Shown: positions 26,364 to 38,471 of the stretch, piece after piece
How positions within the stretch are numbered: position 1 is the stretch's first letter
Layout: every line of letters begins with the position of its first letter
Source of the DNA: Podarcis bocagei
Taxonomy: Eukaryota
Strand: one strand, 5' to 3'
DNA: 64,000 nucleotides
NCBI GenBank assembly: GCA_964188305.1
Contig: OZ076894.1
Translations under genes and position numbers: made by a program
The notes under the pieces: model-generated
What the model saw: only the letters and a program-made list of their open reading frames with translations
What the model was told of the DNA's origin: nothing
Databases searched by the model: none

Positions 26364-26612
26364 TGATATGAGGATCAATGAGCTAATTTTCTACCTAGTG
26401 GAAATAAAAGTCCTGTGAAGGGCACTGCAAGATAAACTGTTAGAGACGAGGGTTGTTTCTTGGTGATGAAGGGTTTCCCAGTTAGGAAAGATGTTTGTAG
26501 AGGACATCCAGGAAAGTTCTCTGGCATGATGGCATATAAGAAGGCAGCAATTTCTGTTCCGACCTGTATTTGCCCCACAACCATTGCTGGTTTCTGTTCC
26601 ACGGCAGTTTGA

Positions 26613-26974
26613 GTAAAGGTAAAGGGACCCCTGACCCTTAAGTCCAGTCACAGACGACTCTAGGGTTGTGGCGCTCATCTCACTTTACTGGCCGAGGGAG
26701 CCAGCATTTGTCCGCAGACAGCTTCCGGATCATGTGGTCAGCATGACTAAGCTGCTTCTGGCGAACCAGAGCAGCGCACGGAAACGCCTTTTACCTTCCC
26801 ACTGGAGCAGTACCTATTTATCTACTTGCACTTGATGTGCTTTTGAACTGCTAGATTGGCAGGAGCAGGGACCGGGCGACAGGAGCTCACCCCGTTGCAG
26901 GGATTCGAACTGCCGACCTTCTGATCGGCAAGCCCTAGGCTCTGTGGTTTAGATCACAGCCCCACCCGCGTCCC
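26613..26974 (-). mobile_element. Sauria SINE, full length
   Basis: gtaaaggtaaagggacccctg tail, cccacccgcgtccc head; gcagtttga duplicated at 26604-26612 and 26977-26985. Confidence 0.93.
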
Positions 26975-27302
26975 TTGCAGTTTGATTATTACTACATTAT
27001 TCATCTTGCTATCTTCTACTTAATGTAAGTTGCAAAGTATTTACCTAACTTACATACATTTCGATGCAAGGGACATGTCAAAACATTGTTTTCATTAATT
27101 ACATTTCATTTGTGGACATTAAAAAAACAACAACAACAGTAATGTAAAAAAAAATATTGATTGTATTCTCCTGACTCATTTCCATTCCTGGCCATTGCAA
27201 ACGGTAGCAATTTCTTCTTCCTTTTCCATTTTAAATCTCCCACATCTATAATGATGGAATATTGGGGGGGGGAGTCTAATTAATAAGTTAGTGTTCTTTA
27301 TT

Positions 27303-27513
27303 CCCCAGTGTGAAAATGGTGTCTAGACTGATCCTCTGGAATCAGGAAGTTGAGGGTTTGAATCTCATCTTTTCCATAAACTTACATAAGCTGCCCCCCC
27401 CCACCTCAGCTTCAGTCACCCCATTTACAAAATAAGTAATATTGATTTATTTTACAGGATTCTTTCAGGATAATGTACACTAACCATTTTGAACAGTCGA
27501 AAGTGTTATATAT
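27303..27513 (+). mobile_element. Old MIR-like SINE
   Basis: B-box-like gggtttgaatctc and CORE-like cctcagcttcagtcaccccatttacaaaataagtaata. Confidence 0.55.
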
Positions 27514-28207
27514 AGACACAGATATTAAAGTTGTTCTTGTTGTACCTGATGAGCATGCTTACCACTGTATCCAAACATGAAGAAACGTTCAGCAGTTGTT
27601 CCTTCTCTGCAGTAGTGAATAGGTGGGCAATTGCAATACCAATTGGCTCCTCATTTCCCTTGTCACATAAACGCTATAGAGTCAACAATCATTCTTAGGT
27701 CACTAAGCATTCAAAAATAGAAGGGTTGCAGATTCCAAACATTTTGTTGCAAACAGGAAATAAACTTCTGGTTTCCCTTTTAGGAAGCCAAGTGAGCCAG
27801 TGAGATCTAAAAACCTTGGAAGCAAAATAAAGCATATAAGAGAAAGCTCCTCATTCAAAGAATCTGGGTTGATGCTATTAAAAGGAGGCACAATATTTAC
27901 AGTATTTTCCAGGCTGGTCACCCGATCCAAGAAAAACGAAGTCAATCAGGGTTTATTTCTTGTGCGGCATGCTGCTTTAAATTGTCTGAAAACTGATTTT
28001 GCTCAGCATTGCAAGTTTGAATGTGGAATCTGAACAGTGAACAAAGTTGTTGTGAGTTTCCTGCCTGTGTACTTTTCTGGTTTCTCTTATTGCAGACAAA
28101 CCCGTCCGGTGCTGAAAATAGCTCAAATGCTCCGAGAACAGTAGCTGCAGCCAGCAGCTGAAATTCTTTCATGCTCTTATCGCCCTCTCTTTTCCTCTCT
28201 ATTGCAG

Positions 28208-28345
28208 GTTCTTGTTCTTCAGTTAAACTTAGACCTTTACGGAAGCTAAACATCAAGAAAGGACTGAGTTAACAAGATCTTGATGTACAAGAACAAAAAT
28301 ATTAAAATCTCCTACATCTGAAAAACAAGAAGACTCGTCTGACCG
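28208..28345 (+). other. Candidate non-coding (5'UTR or cryptic) exon
   Basis: Long polypyrimidine tract ending tattgcag|, donor ccg|gtaatt; stop codons in all three frames. Confidence 0.35.
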
Positions 28346-28358
28346 GTAATTTTCTCTT

Positions 28359-28369
28359 TGTGTGTGCGC

Positions 28370-28409
<40 letters not shown>
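28359..28409. repeat. (TG)n microsatellite
   Basis: Pure (TG)19 at 28371-28408 plus an imperfect lead-in. Confidence 0.95.
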
Positions 28410-28411
<2 letters not shown>

Positions 28412-29945
28412 GGGATTTACAATTTCATTCTGCATTCATAGCTGGCATTCCTTGGTCATTAATTAACATACTGTAAGAACCTGCCATAGAGAGTTGGTAT
28501 TTCTTAGAGAGAGAGAGAGAGTGTGTCTCTTTGAAATCTCAGCAAGCTAAGGGTGTGCAGAGGCATGTGAGATTTATGCTGTGTATTACTAAATAAATAG
28601 TAATTCGGGAAATTTAATGAAATGCTAATTTTGTTTTTAAGAAAATGATTTATTTTTCCTGTTAATTTCTTTGGTCTGGTAATTGCCTTTGAAAAGGTCT
28701 GAAGCAAACTAGTCAGTGACTTTCTTTTTAAATTGTTTGCTAGCTTTCAAGTACTTGAAACTCGGAATACTATAATTTGCTGCCATACTCCATTTCTCCT
28801 GGAAAAAAGGGAGGGAAATAAGGGAATGTAATTGTATATTTTTGAGTTGATCTGTATTTCCTTAGTCCTTGGTATTCTGATACAGTAAATGTTCAGAATT
28901 CATTTCAGTATCTGCAGTGACAGCCGTTGCCAGCCTTCCAATGACAGCCTGAAGTGGGTACAGGAAAAGCTTTATCTCTTAATTTTGCTGAAAATATACT
29001 TGCTATGGGTTGCCGCCGCCTTCTTCTGCCTTCAGTTTATTAATCTCTTCTCAACTTTGCCTTGCAACTTGCTTCTTGAATAGCAAAAGTATATAAGTAG
29101 CTCCACTTGCCTTCCTGAAATCCTTCGGTCGTGACCTGTCCCTTTTTTCCTGTCAGACTCCTTGGTCTGACCACTGTCCAGCAATGAGCTGCCATGATGA
29201 AGGGTTAAAGCTTCCTTATGCAAATGTTCTGTTGGCTTTGAAAAAAGGCACCCACCTTAGCTGAAAGGTTGGTGGGTAGACTGCCAATTCCCAGGAAAAT
29301 GTGGATGAAGGAAATTGTTGCTAGTTATTTATATCCTGCTTTTCAAACTAGTTTTCTAAAGGAGCTTCACAATAAGAGCATAACAATAAAGCACAGTATG
29401 CAGATAAAAGCATAACAGCATTTAAAAACCAGAACAGAGAAATAAAAACAGAAGAAATCAATCATAAAGCCCTTTATGGAATTAAAATGTTTTACGAATT
29501 CATCCAAGAATAGGAAGGGTGGACTTATTAACCTCCACCCCTTAGAGAGGGAACATCATATCAACAATGCCATCACCACATAGTTCTCATCCCTGGACTC
29601 TTTGACTCGTATTGTTGCTAATGATAAACCAGAGGGCGAATCTGATGTTGATTTTAAGGCTTGGGTCATTTTATATGATAAGGGGCATAACGTGCAAATC
29701 CAGAAGGGGTGTGATCTCTAGTGAAACCATTCAAAAGAAGTTGACTATTTTTCAGAAGAAGGTACCATTGAGAAAGAGCTAAAAAAGCTTAAATATACCT
29801 TGTGTCCACCCTACAAATAGTAGTAGTCTTGTAGGTACTTCCTCTTGTTTTTTGTTACTTTCATAGTTGGACAGACCTATGACAGGGGGAGGAGAAACTG
29901 GCAAGTGTTTTGCACACCCTACTGCAAAAATATGATTATTACTTA

Positions 29946-30402
29946 CAGGGGCAGAGCAAGGTGGGGGCAGGCCACCCCAGGTGTCATCACCGAGGGGGGT
30001 GACATTTGGCGTGCCACCCACCCACGACTCCCGCCTACCTGGAGCCGTCGGGAGAAGGGGGTAGTTGTGCTGCTTTGCGTTGCTTCATTTTGACAGCCCC
30101 GCAGGCAGAGAAAGGACGGGAAGGAGGCAAGCAAGCAAACAAGTGGAGAGTGGAGGGAAGGAGAGAAGCAGAAGTTCTCTCAACTCAGGGCCCAAACCCT
30201 GCAATCCCTGAAAAAGCTTAACAACTTTGGTCAATCCTTCCCTTAAAAAGCTCAACAATGACAATGGGGAGATCACAGCCGGTCTTTTTATACTGTGAGT
30301 AGATCGCAGTCTCTTGGGAGTCCAACTAGATTTCAGTGGCAGGGAGGGGGGGTGACAAGAAATTTTCCACACCAGGTACCGCCTGATCTTGCTACGCCAC
30401 TG
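29946..30402. mobile_element. GC-rich hAT non-autonomous element
   Basis: TIRs caggggcagagcaag / cttgctacgccactg; perfect 8-bp TSD attactta (29938-29945, 30403-30410). Confidence 0.9.
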
Positions 30403-30885
30403 ATTACTTATTTGATTTCCTACCTGCTTTCCACCCTAAATTCCATTTGCTGGTTACAGCAATTTAAAAATACGATATTAAAATCAGTTTAAAACAAATT
30501 GCAGTCAAGAGAATAGGGTGGGTCCTACAAACATATAACTCAGGTGTCAAAGACCAGAGTAAAAAGTGAGTCTTCAGCATGTGGCAGGAAGAACATAATG
30601 AAGTTGTCAGATGAACCTCTGTGGAGAGGGAATTCCACAACTTTAGGTGCTGCCACAAAGAATGCCCTATCCAAGCCCCCGAACTTATAAAGGTGGTGGA
30701 ACTGCTAAGAAGGCCTCCACTGCTGATCTTAATATCCAAGAGGGTGGGGGTGGGCTTTAAACACTAATGTGAGCACCTGACTGCTGCATTTTGGAGCAAA
30801 CTGAAATTTTTGGGTCATCATCATTGGCAGCCCATGTAGAGTACATAATAATAATCCAGTCTGGAAGTTACCAGAGCGTGGAGTA
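30403..30885 (-). mobile_element. L2 LINE 3' fragment, degenerate
   Basis: Reverse strand encodes HALVTSRLDYYYVLYM-like L2 ORF2 motif near 30835-30882 and LWNSL near 30630-30645; AT-rich tail. Confidence 0.75.
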
Positions 30886-31468
30886 TTAGTTTTAATGGAA
30901 ATAAAATTTGAATTAAAAGATTTTGTGCCGAACAATGTCTTCTACATTATTCTTTTCTGTTTGTTTAATATTTAAGTACCCTCACTTAGTTCACAAAAGC
31001 CAAATTACATACACTTAAAATTCTCCTCCAATTAGAACCAAGCAATGCCAAATTGAAGTCTAAGCTTGCATTTTTTTTTTTAATATATCAAACTAATATT
31101 GCTCCTGCAAATAGGGGTCTGTAACTGAAATGTTGATGTAACCTGGAATCCAAACACTATGAACACAGCACTGTAGTTCTTCTGAATGAAGGAGAAATCT
31201 CTGGAGAAGAATGGAATGTCTTTCTTTTAGTAAATATACCTCTGCATTCATAGAAAACAAGTGGTAACATTCTGTGCAGGTTTCGTCTTTGACAGTGTGT
31301 TCTTTGTTCACCTCCAATGGTGGTGTCAAGTATGTTAGTGAAAAAGTAATACGAAATTTCCCCATTTGCATTTTTTGTTTAACTTACCTGTTTCACTCCC
31401 AGGGAACACTGTAAGCCTTCAAAAGCTCAGTGCTATGAGTAAAAGGGGTACTTGGCATAATTGACTTT

Positions 31469-31736
31469 GACCCATTTTGGACAATTATTCTCTGCTTCAT
31501 AAACCACGGTTTATTAAGCCAGGAATGAGTGTTGAGTTGAGCACTCCTGGCTTATTTTCCTGGTTTGTTAACCAGCTATAAGAAAGATTTCCCTGATTCA
31601 ACCATAGCAAGGAACTCTGACTCAGTACAAGCTAGGATCTTCTCACTGACATCTGATGTGAAGGGTGGGAAGAGGCAATTCCTGGCTTAATAAACTATGG
31701 CTTTATGAAGCTGGTAATAATTGTCCGCACTGGGCC
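31469..31736. mobile_element. Long-TIR MITE, PIF/Harbinger-like
   Basis: ggacaattatt..gcttcataaaccacggtttattaagccaggaat pairs with attcctggcttaataaactatggctttatgaagc..aataattgtcc. Confidence 0.75.
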
Positions 31737-32246
31737 ATTAGCTGAATAAGACTGCAATGCTATGTACTTAACCTGAACACAGAATGTACTTTTGAGTAAC
31801 CATGCAGAGGATTGTAAAATGAACTGCCTCCTGTGTTTTTATAAATATTCAAATGAGAAAATGCACACATGTGTGTTTTATTAGGCTATTGACAATGAAA
31901 ATGCCACCTCATCTTGGAATGTTTCTGAATTTAGTTTCCAGTGTAAAATTAATACAGTGCATTGTAGAAATATTGCTTTCAGAAATGTATTGCTTCTTGA
32001 AAATCCTACCCCTCTGATCTGTCCAAAGCATCTAACATACGTATGGAGCTCTCTTCACCCCAAACAGCATTTTCAATACAAAATGCAGGTTCATATTAGG
32101 TACATCTTGTTCCAATTGCAGATTTGCTTCTTTCATTGACATGAATGGAGTTGCTTGTGGCTACTAGAGCCTTGTGTGCACAGTGGAGTCTGCCCTGGTC
32201 TCTGGATTTGGGTGCATGGATGGAATCCAGTTTCATAGGACTCTGT

Positions 32247-32385
32247 CAGCATTTCCCAAACTTTGGTCTCCAGCTGCTATTTGACTACAACTCCCATCTT
32301 CCCTAGCTAACAGGACCAGTGGTCAGGGATGATGGGAATTGTAGCCCATCAGCTACAGCTAGAGACCCAGGTTTAGGAAACCCTG
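32247..32385. mobile_element. Palindromic hAT-type MITE
   Basis: cag..tttcccaaactttggtctccagctg ... cagctagagacccaggtttaggaaaccctg. Confidence 0.8.
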
Positions 32386-33434
32386 GACTACATGATTGAT
32401 AAGATAGTTTGGAGGGAAATGGGAAGGATAGATAAAGGTCCAATGAAACCTAACAGTAGCTAGGACTCACAAGGCTTAGGGATTGCCCACACCTTTTGCC
32501 CCACTCTTTCCAGACATGGGTCCGTGAATTGCCATTTGCTCTGATTCAGCTTTAAAGAGTAAAGTTTGCGGGGGAGGGAGCTCAAAAAAAATGTATTTAG
32601 GCAAGGAGCTTAAAGCACTAGTTATGCCTGGAAAGCATGGAGGACAGGTAAGTGTGGATAAGCCCTTAGTTATGAAATATAAGCGTTAAGGGGATTAATA
32701 TGGAGCATGTGCATGAATAATGAAGGATAAAATGTCTTTGAATTTATGCATAGTGCAATTCCCTTAGTTTAAGAAAGCACAACCAGCTTCTTTCACATAA
32801 TTTGGGGAAAAGAACTCCCAAGTAAGTGGCTGCAACATTGAGGAAGCTTGAAACTTAGGGGGGGGGGAATTAACACAAATAAAGCATTGAGGTCAAATCA
32901 ATAGTTGGAAATTTACTGCTCATTCCTTTGTATAAGTTAATAGTTAATGGAAGAGAAAATAAATGTCAGAGAGGGGAGTAATTACATTGAGGAATACATT
33001 GTAGGGTTCAAAATTGTGTAGAAAGAAGGGAAATCTCTTGGTTTTAAGGGGTAAGCTATATGTTACAGATCAAATGTGTGTTATGAATTCACTGGCGTGA
33101 CTTTCTTAAAATGCATACAAAGAAAGCACATTCCCCCGCTGGGTTGGAGATGAAAACAAATATTATTTCTGTTTTTATTTATTGTAAACTGCTCTGGGTG
33201 TTTTTTATATAGAATGGATTAAATTAATAAACTAAATGAATGGCACTAAACTTGGAAATGGAGAAGATGGGAATTAATAAACAAAGCTAATGAAACATGT
33301 TTGGAGTGCCATAAGGGAAAAGCAATTGTGTGTTTTGGAGCTGTGGGATTTGGAGCCGGTAAGCAGTGAGGAATGGTTTACACAACTCCTTCTCTTTGCT
33401 GGTGCTTCATTTAAAATAGTCACTCACTTTGCAG

Positions 33435-33446
33435 CTTGCTTGCTTG

Positions 33447-33489
<43 letters not shown>

Positions 33490-33490
33490 G
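33435..33490. repeat. (GCTT)n(TCTG)n compound microsatellite
   Basis: Direct reading. Confidence 0.85.
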
Positions 33491-33537
33491 AAACATCTCT
33501 TGGGGCTTCACACCTGTGCTTTTTATAAATCACAAAG

Positions 33538-33942
33538 TAGGGATGGGGGAGATGTTTGATTCAGTTTGTCTTTAAAGATTAAGCTAGCCAAATCTGCACT
33601 ATCTAAGACAATACATGAACCAAAACAGAAGCAGCCTAGAAAACTGCACACCTCCGAATTTTGCAAGGCACTTTTCTAGCCAAATGACATGTACAAAAAT
33701 GCATAAACTTGGCTAAAATGTATATATTGGTGAAGATAGCATACATTCATACATTATATTGGGGAAAATTCTTGGGGGGGAAATGTATATTAGGCAAAAT
33801 TGCATACAAAATGTGTCTATTAGGAGAAATCTGCACTAAACTGTTGTTAAATTTTTGTGAGATGTGGAAATTTGGAAAACAGTACTTAAGAATGGAAAAG
33901 TGAGAAACTGAGAGAAGCCAAAATTGACATATTCACCTACTT
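33538..33942 (+). mobile_element. AT-rich non-autonomous DNA transposon (same family as 26030-26363)
   Basis: Starts tagggatgggggagatgtttgattcagtttg; shared aaaatgcat/ggagaaat internal blocks. Confidence 0.55.
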
Positions 33943-34221
33943 AGAGCCTGAAGTTTTTAGTAATTTGGAGTAAGAGCTTGCATAGGACTGACTTCTGATT
34001 ATACTTGTTTAGGATCAAGGTATGAGTGTGTTTCGCAGTTCAGTTTCGTAGGCATCCTACAGCCTCAGCCAGTTTTTCTTTTAGTCTGACAAGCTTCTCA
34101 TTATTAATGAGTTTATTTAGTGAACTTGTGTGTTGTTTTATTGAGCCCTGGATATCTCTTCCTTTTTTAAAAAAAGATTCTATCCTCCTCTTTAGTTGAA
34201 TGGGGGCAAAGACAAACAAAT

Positions 34222-34749
34222 TTGAGGAAAATTTGGCTGTGGACTTGAGACCTCCAGGCCGACAACATACAGACTGATGGACATGGGGAATCTAAACCGT
34301 GGAAGGGAGGGGGAATTCTAGAATCCAAAGGCTATGTAACCAACTTTTTGAATCTTCTTCTATCTTTTATCTTTTATCTTTCTATATAACTTTGGTATTG
34401 TGATTTAACATGTTTTAAAAAAAGGGGGGAATTCGTGGAAGGAAACGGGGTAGATCTTGGGGGGAAAATCTTTTTTCTATTTTGTTAAAGATGAGGAGTG
34501 ATGTTAAGATTGTAATTTAAATTGGCTAATAGGTACAACATATTAGGTTTAAATTGGGAATGAGAACTTAGGGAACCAACTTAGGGAAAGGGGAATACAG
34601 TCGGGAGGGGAAGGAGGGAGTCCCAGAAAGAAGGTTATGAAAATAAGGGTTTAAAATTGGTCTTTCTTTTTCTTTCTTTTCTTTATATTTTCTATTTTTT
34701 CTATTCTGTCAATATTGGAAATTTTAATAAATATGATTTTAAAAAAAAA
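34222..34749 (+). mobile_element. 5'-truncated poly(A) retrotransposon insertion (L1-like 3'UTR)
   Basis: 15-bp TSD caaagacaaacaaat (34207-34221, 34750-34764); aataaa followed by an A9 tail; G-rich 3'UTR-like body. Confidence 0.82.
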
Positions 34750-34849
34750 CAAAGACAAACAAATGACTTCTTGAGCCCTCATGCTACCTTTAAAACCTTT
34801 AGGCAGCTTATCCACCTTCAAGAATCGGGGGGGGGGGAGTAATGCCCTC

Positions 34850-35272
34850 TGTCGCCAGGGCAGGTTTAGAAATTCCTAGGTCTGCTCTCTATGGAGCAGT
34901 TGCCACAACAGGGGACCACTTCCCCTCCACCAGTCTATGTACCTTCCCCCAACAGGCTGCGTACAACTGGAAACTACACCTGCACGAAAGCTTCCTCTGC
35001 TCATCCCTTTTAAATCTCATCCTGGTTCTTGGAGACAGTGGTTCAAGAGAAGGTGAGGAAGCACCTGGTCTTTCACTTGCCTGACGTGCCTCTTCTTCCT
35101 CCTCTTCTTCTCACCCATTCTTTGTTCCACGCTCAAGCTCTGAAACTTCCTGCCCTCTGACTCTTGTCTCCTGGCCAGTCCAGTTCCTCACAAATCACTG
35201 ACTCCCTCTCCCAAGTCACACTCCAGCCTCCCTCCCCCTAGTGCACACTCATCATCCTGCCACTCCCTGACA
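34850..35272 (-). mobile_element. Possible solo LTR
   Basis: tgtc...gaca termini and purine-rich minus strand; no TSD recognised. Confidence 0.4.
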
Positions 35273-36510
35273 GCTGCTATGGAAGAGAGAATGAGAATGA
35301 GAATGAGAATGAATGAATATGAATTGGTATTGTGACAGGCGTATTGTAAGAGAGTATTGTTTTTCTCTTCATCTAGGGTTATTGAGGAATTGCTTTTCAG
35401 CTCATTAGTTAGGCACTTTCTTGTACATTTGTCAACACGCACACCCTTCTCATTTCTTAATTCTCTGTCACTTACTTTCTGCGGCATATCTAGAAATAAC
35501 ACAGAGAGAAAGAATGCAGAGGGATGGTGTTCAGCTGAATCACTCTCTGGGTTTTCAGTGATGGAAATAACGTCTAGACCACACCCTATTTGTCTGGGCT
35601 TCTGACTTCTTGTTTCTGGGTAGTCAGTTGCTGTGCATATCCTACTTTTGGCCCCACTTTTTGAGACTCAGTCTCACCACCTACCCAGGTTCAGAAGAAG
35701 AGGTGAGCATTGTCCCAGTTCCCCTCTGCACAGGGCAGAACCACCTCTTGTCTACATTGATTCTAGCATAGCAGGTCTGAAATATTTTGATTTGCCTCAT
35801 TAGTAGATACTCAAGTGTATAATTCACACTATGCTGAATCAGTAGCAGAGCTACAGTTCGTTTTGAAACCAGAGTGCGCCCACAGTTTATTCCTACTCAT
35901 TCACCTCCTATGCAAAGTCTTTTAAACAGCAGTGAAAATTACATAGTCGTGAGAGCTAGGCTGTATATTTGTAGTAAATGAGGAGCAAAATAGATTGAGT
36001 TGCAAAAGTAAAAGGGGGGGGGGTCTTCTTAAGAAAACAGTTTCCAGTTCACAGATGTTCAGATGAAGCCTTCTGTTGGAGCTCTGTTTTTTCTCTTAAT
36101 GTTGTTTTCAGGAAGCCATGTGTGTTTAACTAAGGGCGTGTTCAGGCTTTTGCCTCAGCATATGAATGCTATATCTGTGAAGGGGGCATAGGTCCTGCCC
36201 CCAACATCCCCTTGCTTCTTGTCCCACACCCTCAGTCCTGGACTTTCCCTACATTGAGTGGGGAAGGTCTGCAAAGAGCTTTATAGTGGGTAGAACACCT
36301 TACATGATCAGGGATCTTACTCTTTACCAGGGTCCCTGATTACATGGATGGTTCTACTTGCATTCAGGCAGGAACTGAGAGGGAAGCAGTACACACATTG
36401 ATGTGGGCAGCAGCTTTGCATGCATTCTCCTGTACACCCTTTGAACATTCATGTGAACACCTGAAGACATCCTTAAGGCTTCAGGCCTATAACTACTACT
36501 CTGGGAGTAA

Positions 36511-36906
36511 AGGTAAAAAAAAAAAAGTAGAGAGATGTGGCTGGGGCTGTGATCTAAACCACTGAGCCTCTTGGGCTTGCCGATCGGAAGGTTGGTGGTT
36601 CAAATCCCTGTGATGGAGTGAACTCCCGTTGCTCTGTCCCAGCTCCTGCCAACCTAGCAGTTTGAAAGCATACCAGTGCAAGTAGATAAATAGGTACTGC
36701 TGTGGCGGGAAGGTAAACAGCGTTTCCTTACGCTCTGTTTTCCATCCCGGTGTTCTGTTGCACCAGAAGTGGTTTAGTAATGCTGGCCACCTGACCCGGA
36801 AAGCTGTCTGTGGACAAACGCCGACTCCCTCAGCCTGAAAAGCGAGATGGGTGCCACACCCCATAGTCGCCTTTGACTAGACATAACTATCTGGGGTCCT
36901 TTACCT
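36511..36906 (+). mobile_element. Sauria SINE (second subfamily) with short 5' extension
   Basis: ctaaaccactgagcctcttgggcttgccgatcggaagg body; tail ggggtcctttacct; TSD tact(c/a)tgggagtaa at 36497-36510 and 36907-36920. Confidence 0.9.
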
Positions 36907-38448
36907 TACTATGGGAGTAAGCCCGTTGCATTCACTGGGGTTTACTATTGAGTAGGCATGTAAAGGATTGCACTGTAAAACTCATTTTAAAGGTTAACAT
37001 ACAGTAGTTCTCTGTGGATGCTGTTGTGCTGTTTCACAGCAAGTGCTAAGCTTGTTCATGCTTCACTGTGCGAAGGTTATATCCAGCACTTCTAAAAATC
37101 ACTCCCTGAAAGCACGGTGCTAGTTCTCTCTCCAAGGTTTGTATGTTTTCAAATGTTAGCCTCTCATTAAATCATTAAATTATCGTTCATATTTGTCTAA
37201 ACAAAGTAGCGGAACATTAAAAATACATTTGTTCTGGTAGAGCTATTTCAATTTCCCATAGACTGGCCAATGGACTTAACTTTAAATTTGGGGCATACAA
37301 TTCTTCTTGCAAAATGATGGTGAACACAAAGCAGATTATTCAAAAGTGTTTATATTGCAATGCATTAATATAATAACATATATTTGGAAATATTTTATAT
37401 AATTTCATTTTTTAAGTGCTGAATTGTGGAAACAGGAGTGTTCATTTGTTTAATGAACAAAACTGCCTGGCAAACAAATCATGTTGCTAAATATGGTCAA
37501 AATGATATTTGCTTGTCCTTTAAACAGAGCTAGAGATCTCTCACAACAGCGTACGTCTTATGCCGTAAGAGTCTCTTCCCAGAAACTTCCTTCTATGCCA
37601 TTTCCATACTGGTTTGGAAGCCAGAACCACTAGTGTGTGTAGCCAGTCACACAGTCCTTCCCATCCAGTCACTGCCCTCTCTTACACAAGAGTCTTACAC
37701 AACTGGAACACACCCAAACCCAATGTGATTCTGAGCTCCCAAATGTTAAACAAGGTGGGGGAAAGAGCTATGGAGATATGATTCCTGCACTGCTTCAATA
37801 TTATAAAAAAGGGCCTTAGATTACCTACAAATGTGAGTTGTACACATTGCCTTATGTCAATATTGTCGACCACTGGGCTACACTGGGCATGTTATCCTCC
37901 ATGAAACATCACTGTGGTTATTGGTGCATTAATGCAGCTGTCTGAATGGCCCCGTTTTCCCTTAAATATTTCCTTATTCATGAAACAGCTGCCATTTTGC
38001 CTTAAAGAGTGAATAACCCCATAAATAATTTTTAACCCTCTGAGGTTAATAGAAAATTGGGAAAACCCTGCTTTCTGGGGATCATAAAATAGGTAAAAGC
38101 ACACCTGTTAAAACAGAACCCTGTTCTTTGAACCTCCTTATACTGCCTACCACCTGATTCCACAAAGAGTCCATTGATTTAGATGACATTAAGAATGACA
38201 GAACTGGGTTCATTTAGAAAAAAACAAAACACACCACCTAGATACTCTCAGAAAGTATCCTGTTTCCACACGTATAAATACAAGGTCTTACCCAACAGTA
38301 GTTCTTAAGCAGGTTTTTTATTATTATTAATCTTGTCAGAATATCTGTCTCCAAAGTGTGTTGTGGTTTGTAGATAGCTTTACAGGATTTTTTAAAATTT
38401 TTAATTCTCATACAGATGTGAAAGATTTGTACAGCAAACCCTTAATAA

Positions 38449-38471
38449 ACACACACACACACACACACACA
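38449..38471. repeat. (AC)n microsatellite
   Basis: Direct reading. Confidence 0.9.

Noticed and set aside
37530-37633. Coding exon after tttaaacag
   Set aside because: One frame is open for about 34 codons but resembles no protein I recognise and has no convincing donor.
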